In this document: positions 1 to 9,236 of the stretch, piece after piece
How the letters are laid out: each line of letters begins with the position of its first letter
How positions within the stretch are numbered: the stretch's first letter is position 1
Source: Microcystis aeruginosa NIES-843
GTDB taxonomy: Bacteria > Cyanobacteriota > Cyanobacteriia > Cyanobacteriales > Microcystaceae
Length of the DNA: 32,000 nucleotides
NCBI RefSeq assembly: GCF_000010625.1
Contig: NC_010296.1
Location: 5,460,001-5,492,000, forward strand
Direction of reading: 5' to 3'
Position numbers and translations under genes: made by a program
The notes under the pieces: model-generated
Told to the model about the DNA's origin: nothing
The model's input: only the letters and a program-made list of their open reading frames with translations
Databases searched by the model: none

Positions 1-616
1 TGAGGGCAACGACTTTATCCTTGCGGAAACCACCATCGGCAGTGATTACCACCTTAGCGGCCGCATCATTAAGACGATCGCGCAAAGCATCGGCACTAAA
101 TCCCCCAAAAACTACACTGTGGGGCGCGCCAATTCTGGCACAGGCTAACATAGCGATGGCCGCTTCGGGAATCATCGGCATATAAATTCCGACCACATCG
201 CCTTTTTTCACGCCTAATTCCTTTAAAGCGTTGGCAAATTGGCACACTTCTCGGTGTAGCTGTTCGTAGGTAATGGTGCGGCTGTCTCCCGGTTCTCCTT
301 CCCAGATGATGGCGGCTTTATTGCGTCTCCAGGTGGTGAGATGTCTGTCAATACAGTTGTAACAAATATTAATCTTGCCGTTGACGAACCATTTAGCAAA
401 GGGGGGCTGCCAGTCAAGAATCTCTGACCATTTTTCAAACCAATGTAATTCTTTTTCGGCTAATTGGGCCCAAAAAGCCGAGGGATCGGCCTTGGCTTTG
501 GCGTAGAGTTGCTGGTATTCTTCAAAGCTTTTAATGGTGGCATTCTGGGCAAATTCGGCACTGGGAGGAAACAGCCGATTTTCCTGTAGGATCGATTCGA
601 TCGCTATTTCTGTCAT
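1..616 (-). CDS. acs: Acetyl-CoA synthetase (AMP-forming), N-terminal ~205 codons; the gene continues past the left window edge
   Basis: Reverse-strand translation from the ATG (complement of 614-616) reads [63 protein letters not shown]...[12 protein letters not shown]...[40 protein letters not shown]. This is the canonical Acs N-terminus. The frame is open to position 1. It is missing from the ORF track because there is no stop in the window. Confidence 0.85.
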   Translation of the reverse strand, partial: MTEIAIESILQENRLFPPSAEFAQNATIKSFEEYQQLYAKAKADPSAFWAQLAEKELHWFEKWSEILDWQPPFAKWFVNGKINICYNCIDRHLTTWRRNKAAIIWEGEPGDSRTITYEQLHREVCQFANALKELGVKKGDVVGIYMPMIPEAAIAMLACARIGAPHSVVFGGFSADALRDRLNDAAAKVVITADGGFRKDKVVAL

Positions 617-834
617 ACTGGCAAACGAAATAAATTATCTTGCGATCCAGATTACCTTTTTCGGTTCCCCCCGTAACCCCGGCAAGCAATTCTTTAAGGC
701 TATTTTAGAATTGCCCGATCCCTGACTAGCGATCGCCATTTAGCCCCAAGTGTTACAGAGTTTAAAGTTATGTCACCGATCGAGCGATGAACAGATCGCT
801 GTAAGGTAAACTAACCGATAAACCCGAAATTTAA

Positions 835-1113
<279 letters not shown>

Positions 1114-1161
1114 GCCTGGCAATCATTCTGTGTTTAACATTTAGCGAAAACTAATCTTGTT

Positions 1162-1188
1162 AAGAGGACTAACCAGTCCTCTTTTTTT
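1162..1188 (+). terminator. Rho-independent terminator downstream of psaC
   Basis: Perfect 9-bp stem AAGAGGACT / AGTCCTCTT with loop AACC, running into a T7 tract. Confidence 0.8.
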
Positions 1189-1628
1189 GTTATACTCCCG
1201 TCGCTAGTTCAAATTTTAGTAAGGGCTGGCTGAATAATGGTACAAACCTTACAGGAAAGGGCTTTTAGACTTTTTTCCCTCAAAAAGTGCTGACCCTTGG
1301 AGTGATCGGGGGTAAAATTCAGGTACTTTTTCCCTGAAAATTAGGTAACTGACCACCTCAAAATCGGTAAAACCCTACACCCCCCCTGCCCCTAGGGCTG
1401 TTTCATTTAAATTAATTACAGCTGATTTTGAGTCAATAAATTTGACCGAAGATTCTCAAGTTTATCTTTTTCTAATCAAAAGAGTTAGTCACAATAACTA
1501 ATCTTTAATCTTCTGCCAATATTTATTATGAATAAATTGATAAAGCCTGTTCCCAAGCCACTAAAAGCCTATCTCTCTTGAAATTGTCTGAGAGTACATC
1601 CTGTTAATTTAGCTAATTTTTCTGCTTC

Positions 1629-2720
1629 TTACGTCGATAAAACTATCAATTTTTCCCAACGTTCAGCTAACCACCTCTGTCCCTCTGTTATTGAGAGAAA
1701 ACCCAAACCTCTGAAAAGATTCAATCCTATAGTTGTGAGAATTGACCAATTGCTGGCCGCTTGAAAATCACTTATCTCGCTTTTATCTTCCTCAAAAATT
1801 ACATCTTTTACCCAATGTAACTGATTTTCTATTTTCCAATGTCCTCGAATAATTTTAGCAAATACTTGAGCGGATTCGGTTAGGCTACTGATATAGTAAG
1901 CTGTTTCTTCATAGGTTTTATCCCCGCGACTACCCTTTCTTTCTACTTTAATAACTCTTCGCAGATTTTCAAACCCTTGTCTTTCATTTTTTCTCACTTT
2001 AAAAACTTCTATTTTTCTTGATATTTTTCGTCCATGACTATTATCTTGTTCAAGAAAGCAACTTTCTGGCTTTGAGGAATTACTCAGGTCTTGTATTCGC
2101 TTATAAAGATTTTTCTGATTTCCTTTAACGGTGATAACATAGTCATTTTTAGTCTTGGCTATTAAGCTGATTGTTTTTTTCTGACAGTGTAAAGCATCGC
2201 CAGTAAAAACTTTATTTTGGAGAGAGCAATCCTCAATTATAGCTTGCCCTTCGTCGATTTCAGACCCTTTTTTGTTTTCGATTCTTTTTAAGTGTAATAC
2301 TAATCCACTTTCTTGACTAAACAATGAGACAAACATGATAAAATTTTGTTGTTCATTATTAGGATTCTTTAGGGTGTTTTTGAGACTTTTTCCATCCATA
2401 CCTAGCCAATTTATATCATCTCTTTGTCCATATTCTTCTAATGCCCATTCATTAAACATTTTTAACAAAATCTGCCATTCTACTCCCATCATTACCCTTC
2501 TAATTGTTGAATAGGATGGGACTCTTTCTGGAATTATGTTAAATTCTTGACTGAGCCTGTGCCGATTATTTTTAGCAAACTCTCCTAGCTCTCTATAACC
2601 TGAGTATCCTAGCATTGTTCCCAGTATTATTACTACTAATACTATCCATAAAGGGTGTCTTTTTCCTTTATCTTTCCGAAAGTCCTTGACTTGTTTCAGT
2701 TTTTCTATTAAGCTCAACAT
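1629..2720 (-). CDS. ISAs1-family (H-repeat type) DDE transposase, about 363 aa
   Basis: The N-terminus KDFRKDKGKRHPLWIVLVVIILGTMLGYSGYRELGEFAKNN and overall length are typical of ISAs1 transposases. The start is placed at MLSLIEKL (2720). The 10-codon extension in the ORF track (to 2750) reads into the terminal repeat of the inserted IS1634-like element, so it is chimeric. Confidence 0.7.
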   Translation of the reverse strand: MLSLIEKLKQVKDFRKDKGKRHPLWIVLVVIILGTMLGYSGYRELGEFAKNNRHRLSQEFNIIPERVPSYSTIRRVMMGVEWQILLKMFNEWALEEYGQRDDINWLGMDGKSLKNTLKNPNNEQQNFIMFVSLFSQESGLVLHLKRIENKKGSEIDEGQAIIEDCSLQNKVFTGDALHCQKKTISLIAKTKNDYVITVKGNQKNLYKRIQDLSNSSKPESCFLEQDNSHGRKISRKIEVFKVRKNERQGFENLRRVIKVERKGSRGDKTYEETAYYISSLTESAQVFAKIIRGHWKIENQLHWVKDVIFEEDKSEISDFQAASNWSILTTIGLNLFRGLGFLSITEGQRWLAERWEKLIVLST

Positions 2721-3984
2721 ATATTTGAAACCCACATTCCGCACCCTCAACTGTCACATAAGCTGTCCCCCGCCAGAGACTTGAGTAAAAATACTTAGCT
2801 GGTGAAGGTTTTCTCGGTGGCCGCTAGGGGGGCTTTGAGACCCTAATTATGAAAAAATAGGAATTGTTGGAAAACTGAGGCGAGTGGACTGTTCGACCAT
2901 GAATCAATCAACAGAAATTGAAGTCAAAAATCTAGACCATCTGGGATTAGTAGCCGGAATTATCGATGAAATAGGAATCGTTGAAATTATCAACGAACAA
3001 GTCTCAATTGAGCGAGGAGAAATTGTCACAGCTGGGCAAGTCGTGAAAGCAATTATCCTGAATGGATTGGGATTTGTCTCCCGAGCCTTGTATTTATTTC
3101 CTCAATTTTTTGAAGATAAAGCAACCGAACATCTGCTGGGAGAGGGCATCGAACCAAAACACCTGAATGATGATAAAATTGGTCGAGTAATGGACAAACT
3201 TTATCAACTTAATGTTTCGGTCATTTTCCTACTGATTAGTTTAGCGGCCGTGAAAAAATTTGGTGTAGCAACCGAGAACTCCCATTTAGATTCGACTTCT
3301 CTATCAGTAGAAGGAGAATATAAAAAGGAATACCCAACAGTAGAAATCCTGAAATCAGGAGCAGTGGGAGAAGAAATTGAAACCGGACAACAGCCAATAA
3401 AAATTACCTACGGATACTCCCGCGACCGAAGACCTGACTTAAAACAATTTATGATTGACTTAATCGTAAGTGGGGATGGAGATGTACCTTTATTCCTGAA
3501 AGTAGGGGACGGAAATGAAGCGGACAAAGCAGTTTTTGGTCAAATCGCCCGAGAATTTAAAAAACAAGTTGACTTTGACAGTTTAATAGTCGGCGATAGC
3601 GCCCTCTATAGCAAAGAGAATTTAAAACTAATGAAAGAAATGCGTTGGTTGTCTCGAGTACCATTAAGCATTAAAGAGGCTCAAGAGTTGGTTGATAGCA
3701 TCTCAGAAAAAGAGTTAACCGATTCAGAAATACCGGGTTATTCCTGGCGGGAAACCATCTCTAACTATGGGGGTATAGAACAAAGATGGTTGCTAGTTGA
3801 AAGTCAAGCTAGACAAGAATCAGACTTGAAAAAATTAGAGAAAAAAATCGAGCAGGAAAAGAATTCTGCCCAAGAAAAAATCCGGCAACTATCCCGAAGA
3901 GAATTTGAGAATAGAGCGGTGGCGTTGGCGATAGCCAAAGGATTATCTGACTCCTTAAAATCTCATCAGTTAACGGAGATTAAA

Positions 3985-6058
3985 CCCACATTCCGCACCC
4001 TAAGTGTCACAACGTCTCAAAAGAGGAAGGGGCGCGAGTCAAAATACTTATCTAGAGGAGTGAGTTGGCGGCAAGCTGCCGGCAACTAAGCCGAAAATTT
4101 CAGAGTTCCCCCGGTCATTCTCAATAAACAGTGCTTGTTGAGAATGACTAGGCAATCAGACTTAACATCTAGGGGGAGATGTTCCAGTTGCTCGCTTTGT
4201 TTTGTCACCCCTTGAAGTCAATCCATCTGGTCAAGATAAGAGATAATATTCCTGGCAAGGTTTGGGGAAAAATCTCAAAATGTTGCGCCTCTCATCCGTT
4301 AAGTTGCTAATCTTTTGATTGTCTTGAATACGGACGAGATGAATCCCTTGAAAGCCCTGAAATATCCAGCGTAACGTCGGTCGGTCAGTTAACTTACCCA
4401 ACGGATTTTTCAGTCCCGTCTCCTGCTGTTTTAAACTTAAACGAAGTTGTCTTTGACCAATAGTATAAACCAGCAGGCACAAGCCCATGAGCATGGCCAT
4501 GACCTCGATTCTATGGGGAGATTTGAGAAAGACACTGTGGGCAAAAAAGCAGGGGTCTTTGAGAAAAGAAAATCCTCTTTCCGGAGCTTGTTGCCCTTTA
4601 TATTTTTTGAGTATATCCTCACTGCTTAATCGTTGTTTCTCCAAATCGTTAGTTGCTAAAACGAATCGTCCTGCTCGTTTCTTTAGCCTCTCAATGGCGG
4701 TCAAATTCAACTCTAATTTGGCTTGAACTTGATAGCTTTGAGAGGGTAAATCGTCTTTTGATTTGAGTTTTGACCCCTGGGACTCAGGCGGAATGAGATT
4801 GACTTTAATCTCCGTTAACTGATGAGATTTTAAGGAGTCAGATAATCCTTTGGCTATCGCCAACGCCACCGCTCTATTCTCAAATTCTCTTCGGGATAGT
4901 TGCCGGATTTTTTCTTGGGCAGAATTCTTTTCCTGCTCGATTTTTTTCTCTAATTTTTTCAAGTCTGATTCTTGTCTAGCTTGACTTTCAACTAGCAACC
5001 ATCTTTGTTCTATCCCCCCATAGTTAGAGATGGTTTCCCGCCAGGAATAACCCGGTATTTCTGAATCGGTTAACTCTTTTTCTGAGATGCTATCAACCAA
5101 CTCTTGAGCCTCTTTAATGCTTAATGGTACTCGAGACAACCAACGCATTTCTTTCATTAGTTTTAAATTCTCTTTGCTATAGAGGGCGCTATCGCCGACT
5201 ATTAAACTGTCAAAGTCAACTTGTTTTTTAAATTCTCGGGCGATTTGACCAAAAACCGCTTTGTCCGCTTCATTTCCGTCCCCTACTTTCAGGAATAAAG
5301 GTACATCTCCATCCCCACTTACGATTAAGTCAATCATAAATTGTTTTAAGTCAGGTCTTCGGTCGCGGGAGTATCCGTAGGTAATTTTTATTGGCTGTTG
5401 TCTGGTTTCAATTTCTTCTCCCACTGCTCCTGATTTCAGGATTTCTACTGTTGGGTATTCCTTGTTATATTCTCCTTCTACTGATAGAGAAGTCGAATCT
5501 AAATGGGAGTTCTCGGTTGCTACACCAAATTTTTTCACGGCCGCTAAACTAATCAGTAGGAAAATGACCGAAACATTAAGTTGATAAAGTTTGTCCATTA
5601 CTCGACCAATTTTATCATCATTCAGGTGTTTTGGTTCGATGCCCTCTCCCAGCAGATGTTCGGTTGCTTTATCTTCAAAAAATTGAGGAAATAAATACAA
5701 GGCTCGGGAGACAAATCCCAATCCATTCAGGATAATTGCTTTCACGACTTGCCCAGCTGTGACAATTTCTCCTCGCTCAATTGAGACTTGTTCGTTGATA
5801 ATTTCAACGATTCCTATTTCATCGATAATTCCGGCTACTAATCCCAGATGGTCTAGATTTTTGACTTCAATTTCTGTTGATTGATTCATGGTCGAACAGT
5901 CCACTCGCCTCAGTTTTCCAACAATTCCTATTTTTTCATAATTAGGGGTCTCAAGACCCCCCTAGCGGCCACCGAGAAAACCTTCACCAGCTAGGTATTT
6001 TTACTCAAGTCTCTGGCGGGGGACAGCTTATGTGACAGTTGAGGGTGCGGAATGTGGG
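3985..6058 (-). mobile_element. IS1634-family element, copy 2 (intact, 2074 bp), inserted in inverse orientation into the transposase gene of copy 1
   Basis: It has the same terminal repeats as copy 1, at 3985-4001 and 6042-6058. The 6-bp target duplication ATTAAA is at 3979-3984 and 6059-6064. The uninterrupted sequence GAGATTAAAGTCAAT is visible inside copy 2 itself. Confidence 0.9.
4231..5904 (-). CDS. IS1634-family transposase (557 aa), apparently intact
   Basis: The N-terminal LDHLGLVAGIIDEIGIVEIIN block matches the DUF4277-type N-terminus that I associate with IS1634 transposases. Size and the 6-bp TSD fit the family. The ATG giving MNQSTEIEV, 5 codons in, may be the real start. Confidence 0.8.
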   Translation of the reverse strand: MDCSTMNQSTEIEVKNLDHLGLVAGIIDEIGIVEIINEQVSIERGEIVTAGQVVKAIILNGLGFVSRALYLFPQFFEDKATEHLLGEGIEPKHLNDDKIGRVMDKLYQLNVSVIFLLISLAAVKKFGVATENSHLDSTSLSVEGEYNKEYPTVEILKSGAVGEEIETRQQPIKITYGYSRDRRPDLKQFMIDLIVSGDGDVPLFLKVGDGNEADKAVFGQIAREFKKQVDFDSLIVGDSALYSKENLKLMKEMRWLSRVPLSIKEAQELVDSISEKELTDSEIPGYSWRETISNYGGIEQRWLLVESQARQESDLKKLEKKIEQEKNSAQEKIRQLSRREFENRAVALAIAKGLSDSLKSHQLTEIKVNLIPPESQGSKLKSKDDLPSQSYQVQAKLELNLTAIERLKKRAGRFVLATNDLEKQRLSSEDILKKYKGQQAPERGFSFLKDPCFFAHSVFLKSPHRIEVMAMLMGLCLLVYTIGQRQLRLSLKQQETGLKNPLGKLTDRPTLRWIFQGFQGIHLVRIQDNQKISNLTDERRNILRFFPKPCQEYYLLS

Positions 6059-6148
6059 ATTAAAGTCAATCTCATTCCGCCTGAGTCCCAGGGGTCAAAA
6101 CTCAAATCAAAAGACGATTTACCCTCTCAAAGCTATCAAGTTCAAGCC

Positions 6149-6330
6149 GGGAGCATCTCACCTTTGCAATGAGCATAAATACTTAGTGGAAAAATAGGCT
6201 TTTCGAGGGTAATTCTTGTTTTAATTCTCCATGTACGCAGTCTTTAAAAGCCTCTATTTCGTTCCAAGACACGATTAAGAGTGGCTTTTAGGCTAAGTAT
6301 AATTACTTATCGCGTAAGTGAGATGCTCCC
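6149..6330. mobile_element. 182-bp non-autonomous element (MITE) with 13-bp terminal inverted repeats
   Basis: The ends are GGGAGCATCTCAC ... GTGAGATGCTCCC. The 9-bp target duplication GTTCAAGCC is at 6140-6148 and 6331-6339. The uninterrupted target AAGTTCAAGCCAAATT is present in copy 2. There is no ORF inside. Confidence 0.85.
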
Positions 6331-6724
6331 GTTCAAGCCAAATTAGAGTTGAATTTGACCGCCATTGAGAGGCTAAAGAAACGAGCAGGACGATTCGTTT
6401 TAGCAACTAACGATTTGGAGAAACAACGATTGAGCAGTGAGGATATACTCAAAAAATATAAGGGGCAACAAGCTCCAGAAAGAGGATTTTCTTTTCTCAA
6501 AGACCCCTGCTTTTTTGCTGACAGTGTCTTTCTCAAATCTCCCCATAGAATCGAGGTCATGGCCATGCTCATGGGCTTGTGCCTGCTGGTTTATACTATT
6601 GGTCAAAGACAACTTCGTTTAAGTTTAAAACAGCAGGAGACGGGACTGAAAAATCAGTTGGGTAAGTTAACTGACCGACCGACGTTACGCTGGATATTTC
6701 AGGGCTTTCAAGGGATTCATCTCG

Positions 6725-7920
6725 GGGAGCAAGTCAAAGCTGAAGAACAAATAAACTACTTGACAAAAGCATCAATTGGGTATGGGATAGAGAAAAGAGT
6801 AGGGAAAAGACAAAAATGACTCCAGAGCAACAACAAGAACTTAACCAACATATTCAAGCGATAGCCAAGATTCTTCATCAGGAAGCTGAGGCTGAAAAAA
6901 TTCAAACTTTAGAGGGAATAGAGACGACAATAAGAGAACAGACCTGAAAATATATAACTCCGAAACTAGGATTTTTTTTGGTCACAAAAACGACAGGAAC
7001 TCAAGCCGGGAGACCGAGAAAAATAAAAAGCATCATCGGAGAATTATGCCTGACAGAAAAACAAGCAATCCGTTTAAATATTCCTCGTAATAACCAAATT
7101 AGTCCTTACTTAGAACGCTGTTGTTTAAGAGCTAGTGCCAATGTTTCTTATGAAAATGCCGCCAGAGATATTCAATTTTATATAGGGATGAAGGTCTCGG
7201 CTAGGACTCAACAACGATTAGTCCATCGCCACCAATTTGCCGAAGAAGAATCAGGAAACCCCGTTCAAGAAATTAGTCTAGATGGAGGAAAAGTGCGCTT
7301 AAGAACCGAAACTAAGGGAGAGGCTTGTATCTGGAAAGATTATCAAGCAATCTGTGTTGATACTTTCCTAAGAAAAGCTTGGTTTGGAGAGAATGAATCG
7401 TTAATATATTGGGTTAATCAACAACCTTTATCTGACCCCCTTACCTGTTTGGGAGACGGACATCCCGGTATTGGGAAAATTGTGAAAAACTGGGATTGTC
7501 CAGGAGAAAAAAGAGAAATACTTGACTGGTTTCATTTGGTAGAAAATCTTCATAAAGTCGGCGGTTCAGTGAAGAGATTGAAAAAAGCAGAAAGTTTATT
7601 ATGGCAGGGCAAAATTGAGGAAACAATAGCATTAATCTCTCCTTTAAAAAACGAACGAGCTGAAAATTTCTGTCGTTATTTAGAGATTCATCGTCATCGA
7701 ATTGTTAATTATAATTACTATCAACAAGAAGAGATTTGCTCTATTGCTTCGGGAGCCGTTGAATCCACGGTTAAACAGATTGACCGACGACTGAAAATTT
7801 CTGGAGCCCAGTGGAATGAAGAAAATATCCCTCAAGTGCTTAAACACCGCTGTGCTTACCTAAATAACAGTCTTTAGCTATTGAATAGTATTTATGTTCT
7901 GACAAAACTGACTTGCTCCC
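6725..7920 (+). mobile_element. 1196-bp IS, ISKra4-family-like, nested in IS1634 copy 1
   Basis: The ends are GGGAGCAAGTCA ... TGACTTGCTCCC. The 9-bp target duplication TTCATCTCG is at 6716-6724 and 7921-7929. The uninterrupted target GGGATTCATCTCGTCCG is present in copy 2. Family assignment comes from remembered transposase motifs (LGDGHPG, DWFHLVENL, SGAVESTVKQIDRRLK..GAQW) and from GGG ends with an 8-9 bp DR. Confidence 0.7.
6816..7877 (+). pseudogene. Transposase of the ISKra4-like IS; 354 codons with one in-frame TGA at 6945-6947
   Basis: The ATG at 6816 gives MTPEQQQELNQHIQAIAKILHQEAEAEKIQTLEGIETTIREQT, followed by TGA. The same frame continues KYITPKLGFFLVTKTTG... to 7877. The M at 6978 in the ORF track is a TTG in that same frame. 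Confidence 0.55.
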
Positions 7921-8390
7921 TTCATCTCGTCCGTATTCAAGACAATCAAAAGATTAGCAACTTAACGGATGAGAGGCGCAACATTTTGAGATTTTTTCCC
8001 AAACCTTGCCAAGAATATTATCTCTTATCTTGACCAGATGGATTGACTTCAAGGGGTGACAAAACAAAGCGAGCAACTGGAACATCTCCCCCTAGATGTT
8101 AAGTCTGATTGACCGGTCATTCTCAACAAGCACTGTTTATTGAGAATGACCGGGGGAACTCTGAAATTTTCGGCTTAGTTGCCGGCAGCTTGCCGCCAAC
8201 TCACTCCTCTAGATAAGTATTTTGACTCACGCCCCTTCCTCTTTTGAGACGTTGTGACACTTAGGGTGCGGAATGTGGGTTGAAAAGTTGCCGGTCACTC
8301 CTCATTTTACAAAGACAGTGATCGCTTTTACTTTTGATATTCTGATGGGAGAATGAAACAGCCCTACCGATGTCGGGGGGGTTGGGGGGG

Positions 8391-8432
8391 CCACACCCAG
8401 CCCCCACCAACAAACTTTTTCAGCAGACTCTA
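8391..8432 (-). repeat. 42-nt dispersed motif, copy A; it begins with the TAG stop codon of the Uma2 gene
   Basis: The minus strand reads TAGAGTCTGCTGAAAAAGTTTGTTGGTGGGGGCTGGGTGTGG. It matches copy B (16507-16548) at 35 of 42 positions without gaps. Confidence 0.7.
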
Positions 8433-9161
8433 GTTAGGTAATTCCCCAAAAAGTTGCCGATATTTTTGCAGTTTTGCCTCCATTTCTACTAACTGCTGAT
8501 TGACCTGTTCAGCCCGTTGGCGTTCATTTTCAGCCCGTTGTCGTTCATTTTCAGCCCGTTGGCGTTCATTTTCAGCCCGTTGCTTTTCCTGCTCCAGTAG
8601 TTGATTAATTTCGCTGTAGGACGAGAATTGAGTACCATCAGGACGATAAATTTTTAACTCGTCGGTTAAGTCAAACCGAATGCCTAAACGGGGACTCACC
8701 CAATTATTAACCTCACTAACACTGTCTAAACTGTCACCAATTCGCTGCCAAGCTTCTAGACTATTATCATCGGGATCATAGACGTAGTATTCTTGGACTC
8801 CATAGCGATCATAAAATAGCAATTTTTTGGCCATTTCGATGGAGGTGTTACTGGGAGAAAGAATCTCAAAGACGACTTGAGGAGCAAGATTATCTTCTTG
8901 CCATTGTTTGTAGGAACCTCGATCGCCTTTCGGTCTGCCAAATACTACCATCGTATCAGGAGCAGCGGCAATTTTCGGCTGGCCTTGCACGGGATACCAC
9001 AACAGATCCCCCGCTACAAATACCTGGGGATCATCGATATATAACCAGTCGAGATTCTGCTTAATCGTCACTATCCAGTTAAATTGTTTAGTATTATCTG
9101 CCATCGGTTTACCGTCGCTCTCAGGATAGATAATCTCGGTTTTGTTAACTTGACTAACCAT
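8430..9161 (-). CDS. Uma2-family (DUF820) putative restriction-endonuclease-like protein with a C-terminal coiled-coil repeat
   Basis: The sequence YPESDGKPMADNTKQ...VAGDLLWYP.....PD.MVVFG....DRGSY..W.E...P.VVFEILSPSN is the signature layout of cyanobacterial Uma2 proteins. The C-terminus carries (QRAENER)x3. Confidence 0.8.
   Translation of the reverse strand: MVSQVNKTEIIYPESDGKPMADNTKQFNWIVTIKQNLDWLYIDDPQVFVAGDLLWYPVQGQPKIAAAPDTMVVFGRPKGDRGSYKQWQEDNLAPQVVFEILSPSNTSIEMAKKLLFYDRYGVQEYYVYDPDDNSLEAWQRIGDSLDSVSEVNNWVSPRLGIRFDLTDELKIYRPDGTQFSSYSEINQLLEQEKQRAENERQRAENERQRAENERQRAEQVNQQLVEMEAKLQKYRQLFGELPN
8510..8583 (-). repeat. 21-bp tandem repeat, about 3.5 copies, inside the Uma2 gene
   Basis: Units CAGCCCGTTGGCGTTCATTTT at 8510, 8531 (one G-to-T change) and 8552, plus a partial unit at 8573. 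They encode the ENERQRA heptad repeats. Confidence 0.95.
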
Positions 9162-9236
9162 GGGGAATACCTGCCGAACTCATTGGGCTATTTTTATTAT
9201 ATAATAAACTTGAACTAAGTAAGGAAAAGACCGCTC

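Larger units (their letters stand above)
2884..8033 (+). pseudogene. IS1634-family transposase gene of copy 1, broken into four colinear pieces (2884-3984, 6065-6148, 6340-6724, 7930-8033)
   Basis: The first 367 codons are nearly identical to the intact 557-aa ORF, differing at K147N and G168R. After LTEIK the ORF reads into the inverted end of copy 2. The later pieces encode VNLIPPESQGSKLKSKDDLPSQSYQVQA, KLELNLTAIERLKK...FQGIHL and VRIQDNQKISNLTDERRNILRFFPKPCQEYYLLS. Confidence 0.9.
2731..8279 (+). mobile_element. IS1634-family element, copy 1, disrupted by three nested insertions
   Basis: Terminal repeats CCCACATTCCGCACCCT (2731-2747) and AGGGTGCGGAATGTGGG (8263-8279). The 6-bp target duplication TTGAAA is at 2725-2730 and 8280-8285. 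Pieces 2731-3984, 6065-6148, 6340-6724 and 7930-8279 sum to 2073 bp and are colinear with the intact 2074-bp copy. Confidence 0.85.
1393..8366 (-). mobile_element. ISAs1-family insertion sequence (about 1.42 kb without inserts), split by a 5.5-kb composite insertion
   Basis: Terminal inverted repeats TAGGGCTGTTTCATT at 1393-1407 and the reverse complement at 8352-8366. The ISAs1-type transposase gene lies inside. The body is 1393-2730 plus 8286-8366. Confidence 0.75.

Noticed and set aside
223-725. ORFs 223-438 (-) and 534-725 (+) in the track
   Set aside because: Both lie within or overlap the acs N-terminal coding region in other frames or on the other strand. The acs frame gives an unmistakable Acs sequence, while these ORFs have no recognisable features.
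752-769. HLR1-like GTTACAGA-gt-TTAAAGTT about 100 bp upstream of psaC
   Set aside because: The second half-site has two core mismatches. This is too degenerate to call without a TSS or conservation data.
2884-4089. 401-aa ORF presented as a complete protein
   Set aside because: Only the first 367 codons are transposase. The last 34 codons (PTFRTLSVTTSQKRKG...) are read-through into the inverted terminal region of the nested IS copy. I treated it as a pseudogene fragment.
4437-6622. Paired small ORFs (4437-4622, 4447-4629, 4487-4726 and their mirror images 6333-6572, 6400-6612, 6437-6622)
   Set aside because: These are out-of-frame or antisense frames inside the IS1634 transposase gene. They appear twice only because the IS is present in two inverted copies.
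6349-6819. 156-aa ORF
   Set aside because: It is an internal transposase fragment (from an internal Met) that reads across the 6724/6725 junction into the ISKra4-like IS end. It is chimeric and not a gene.
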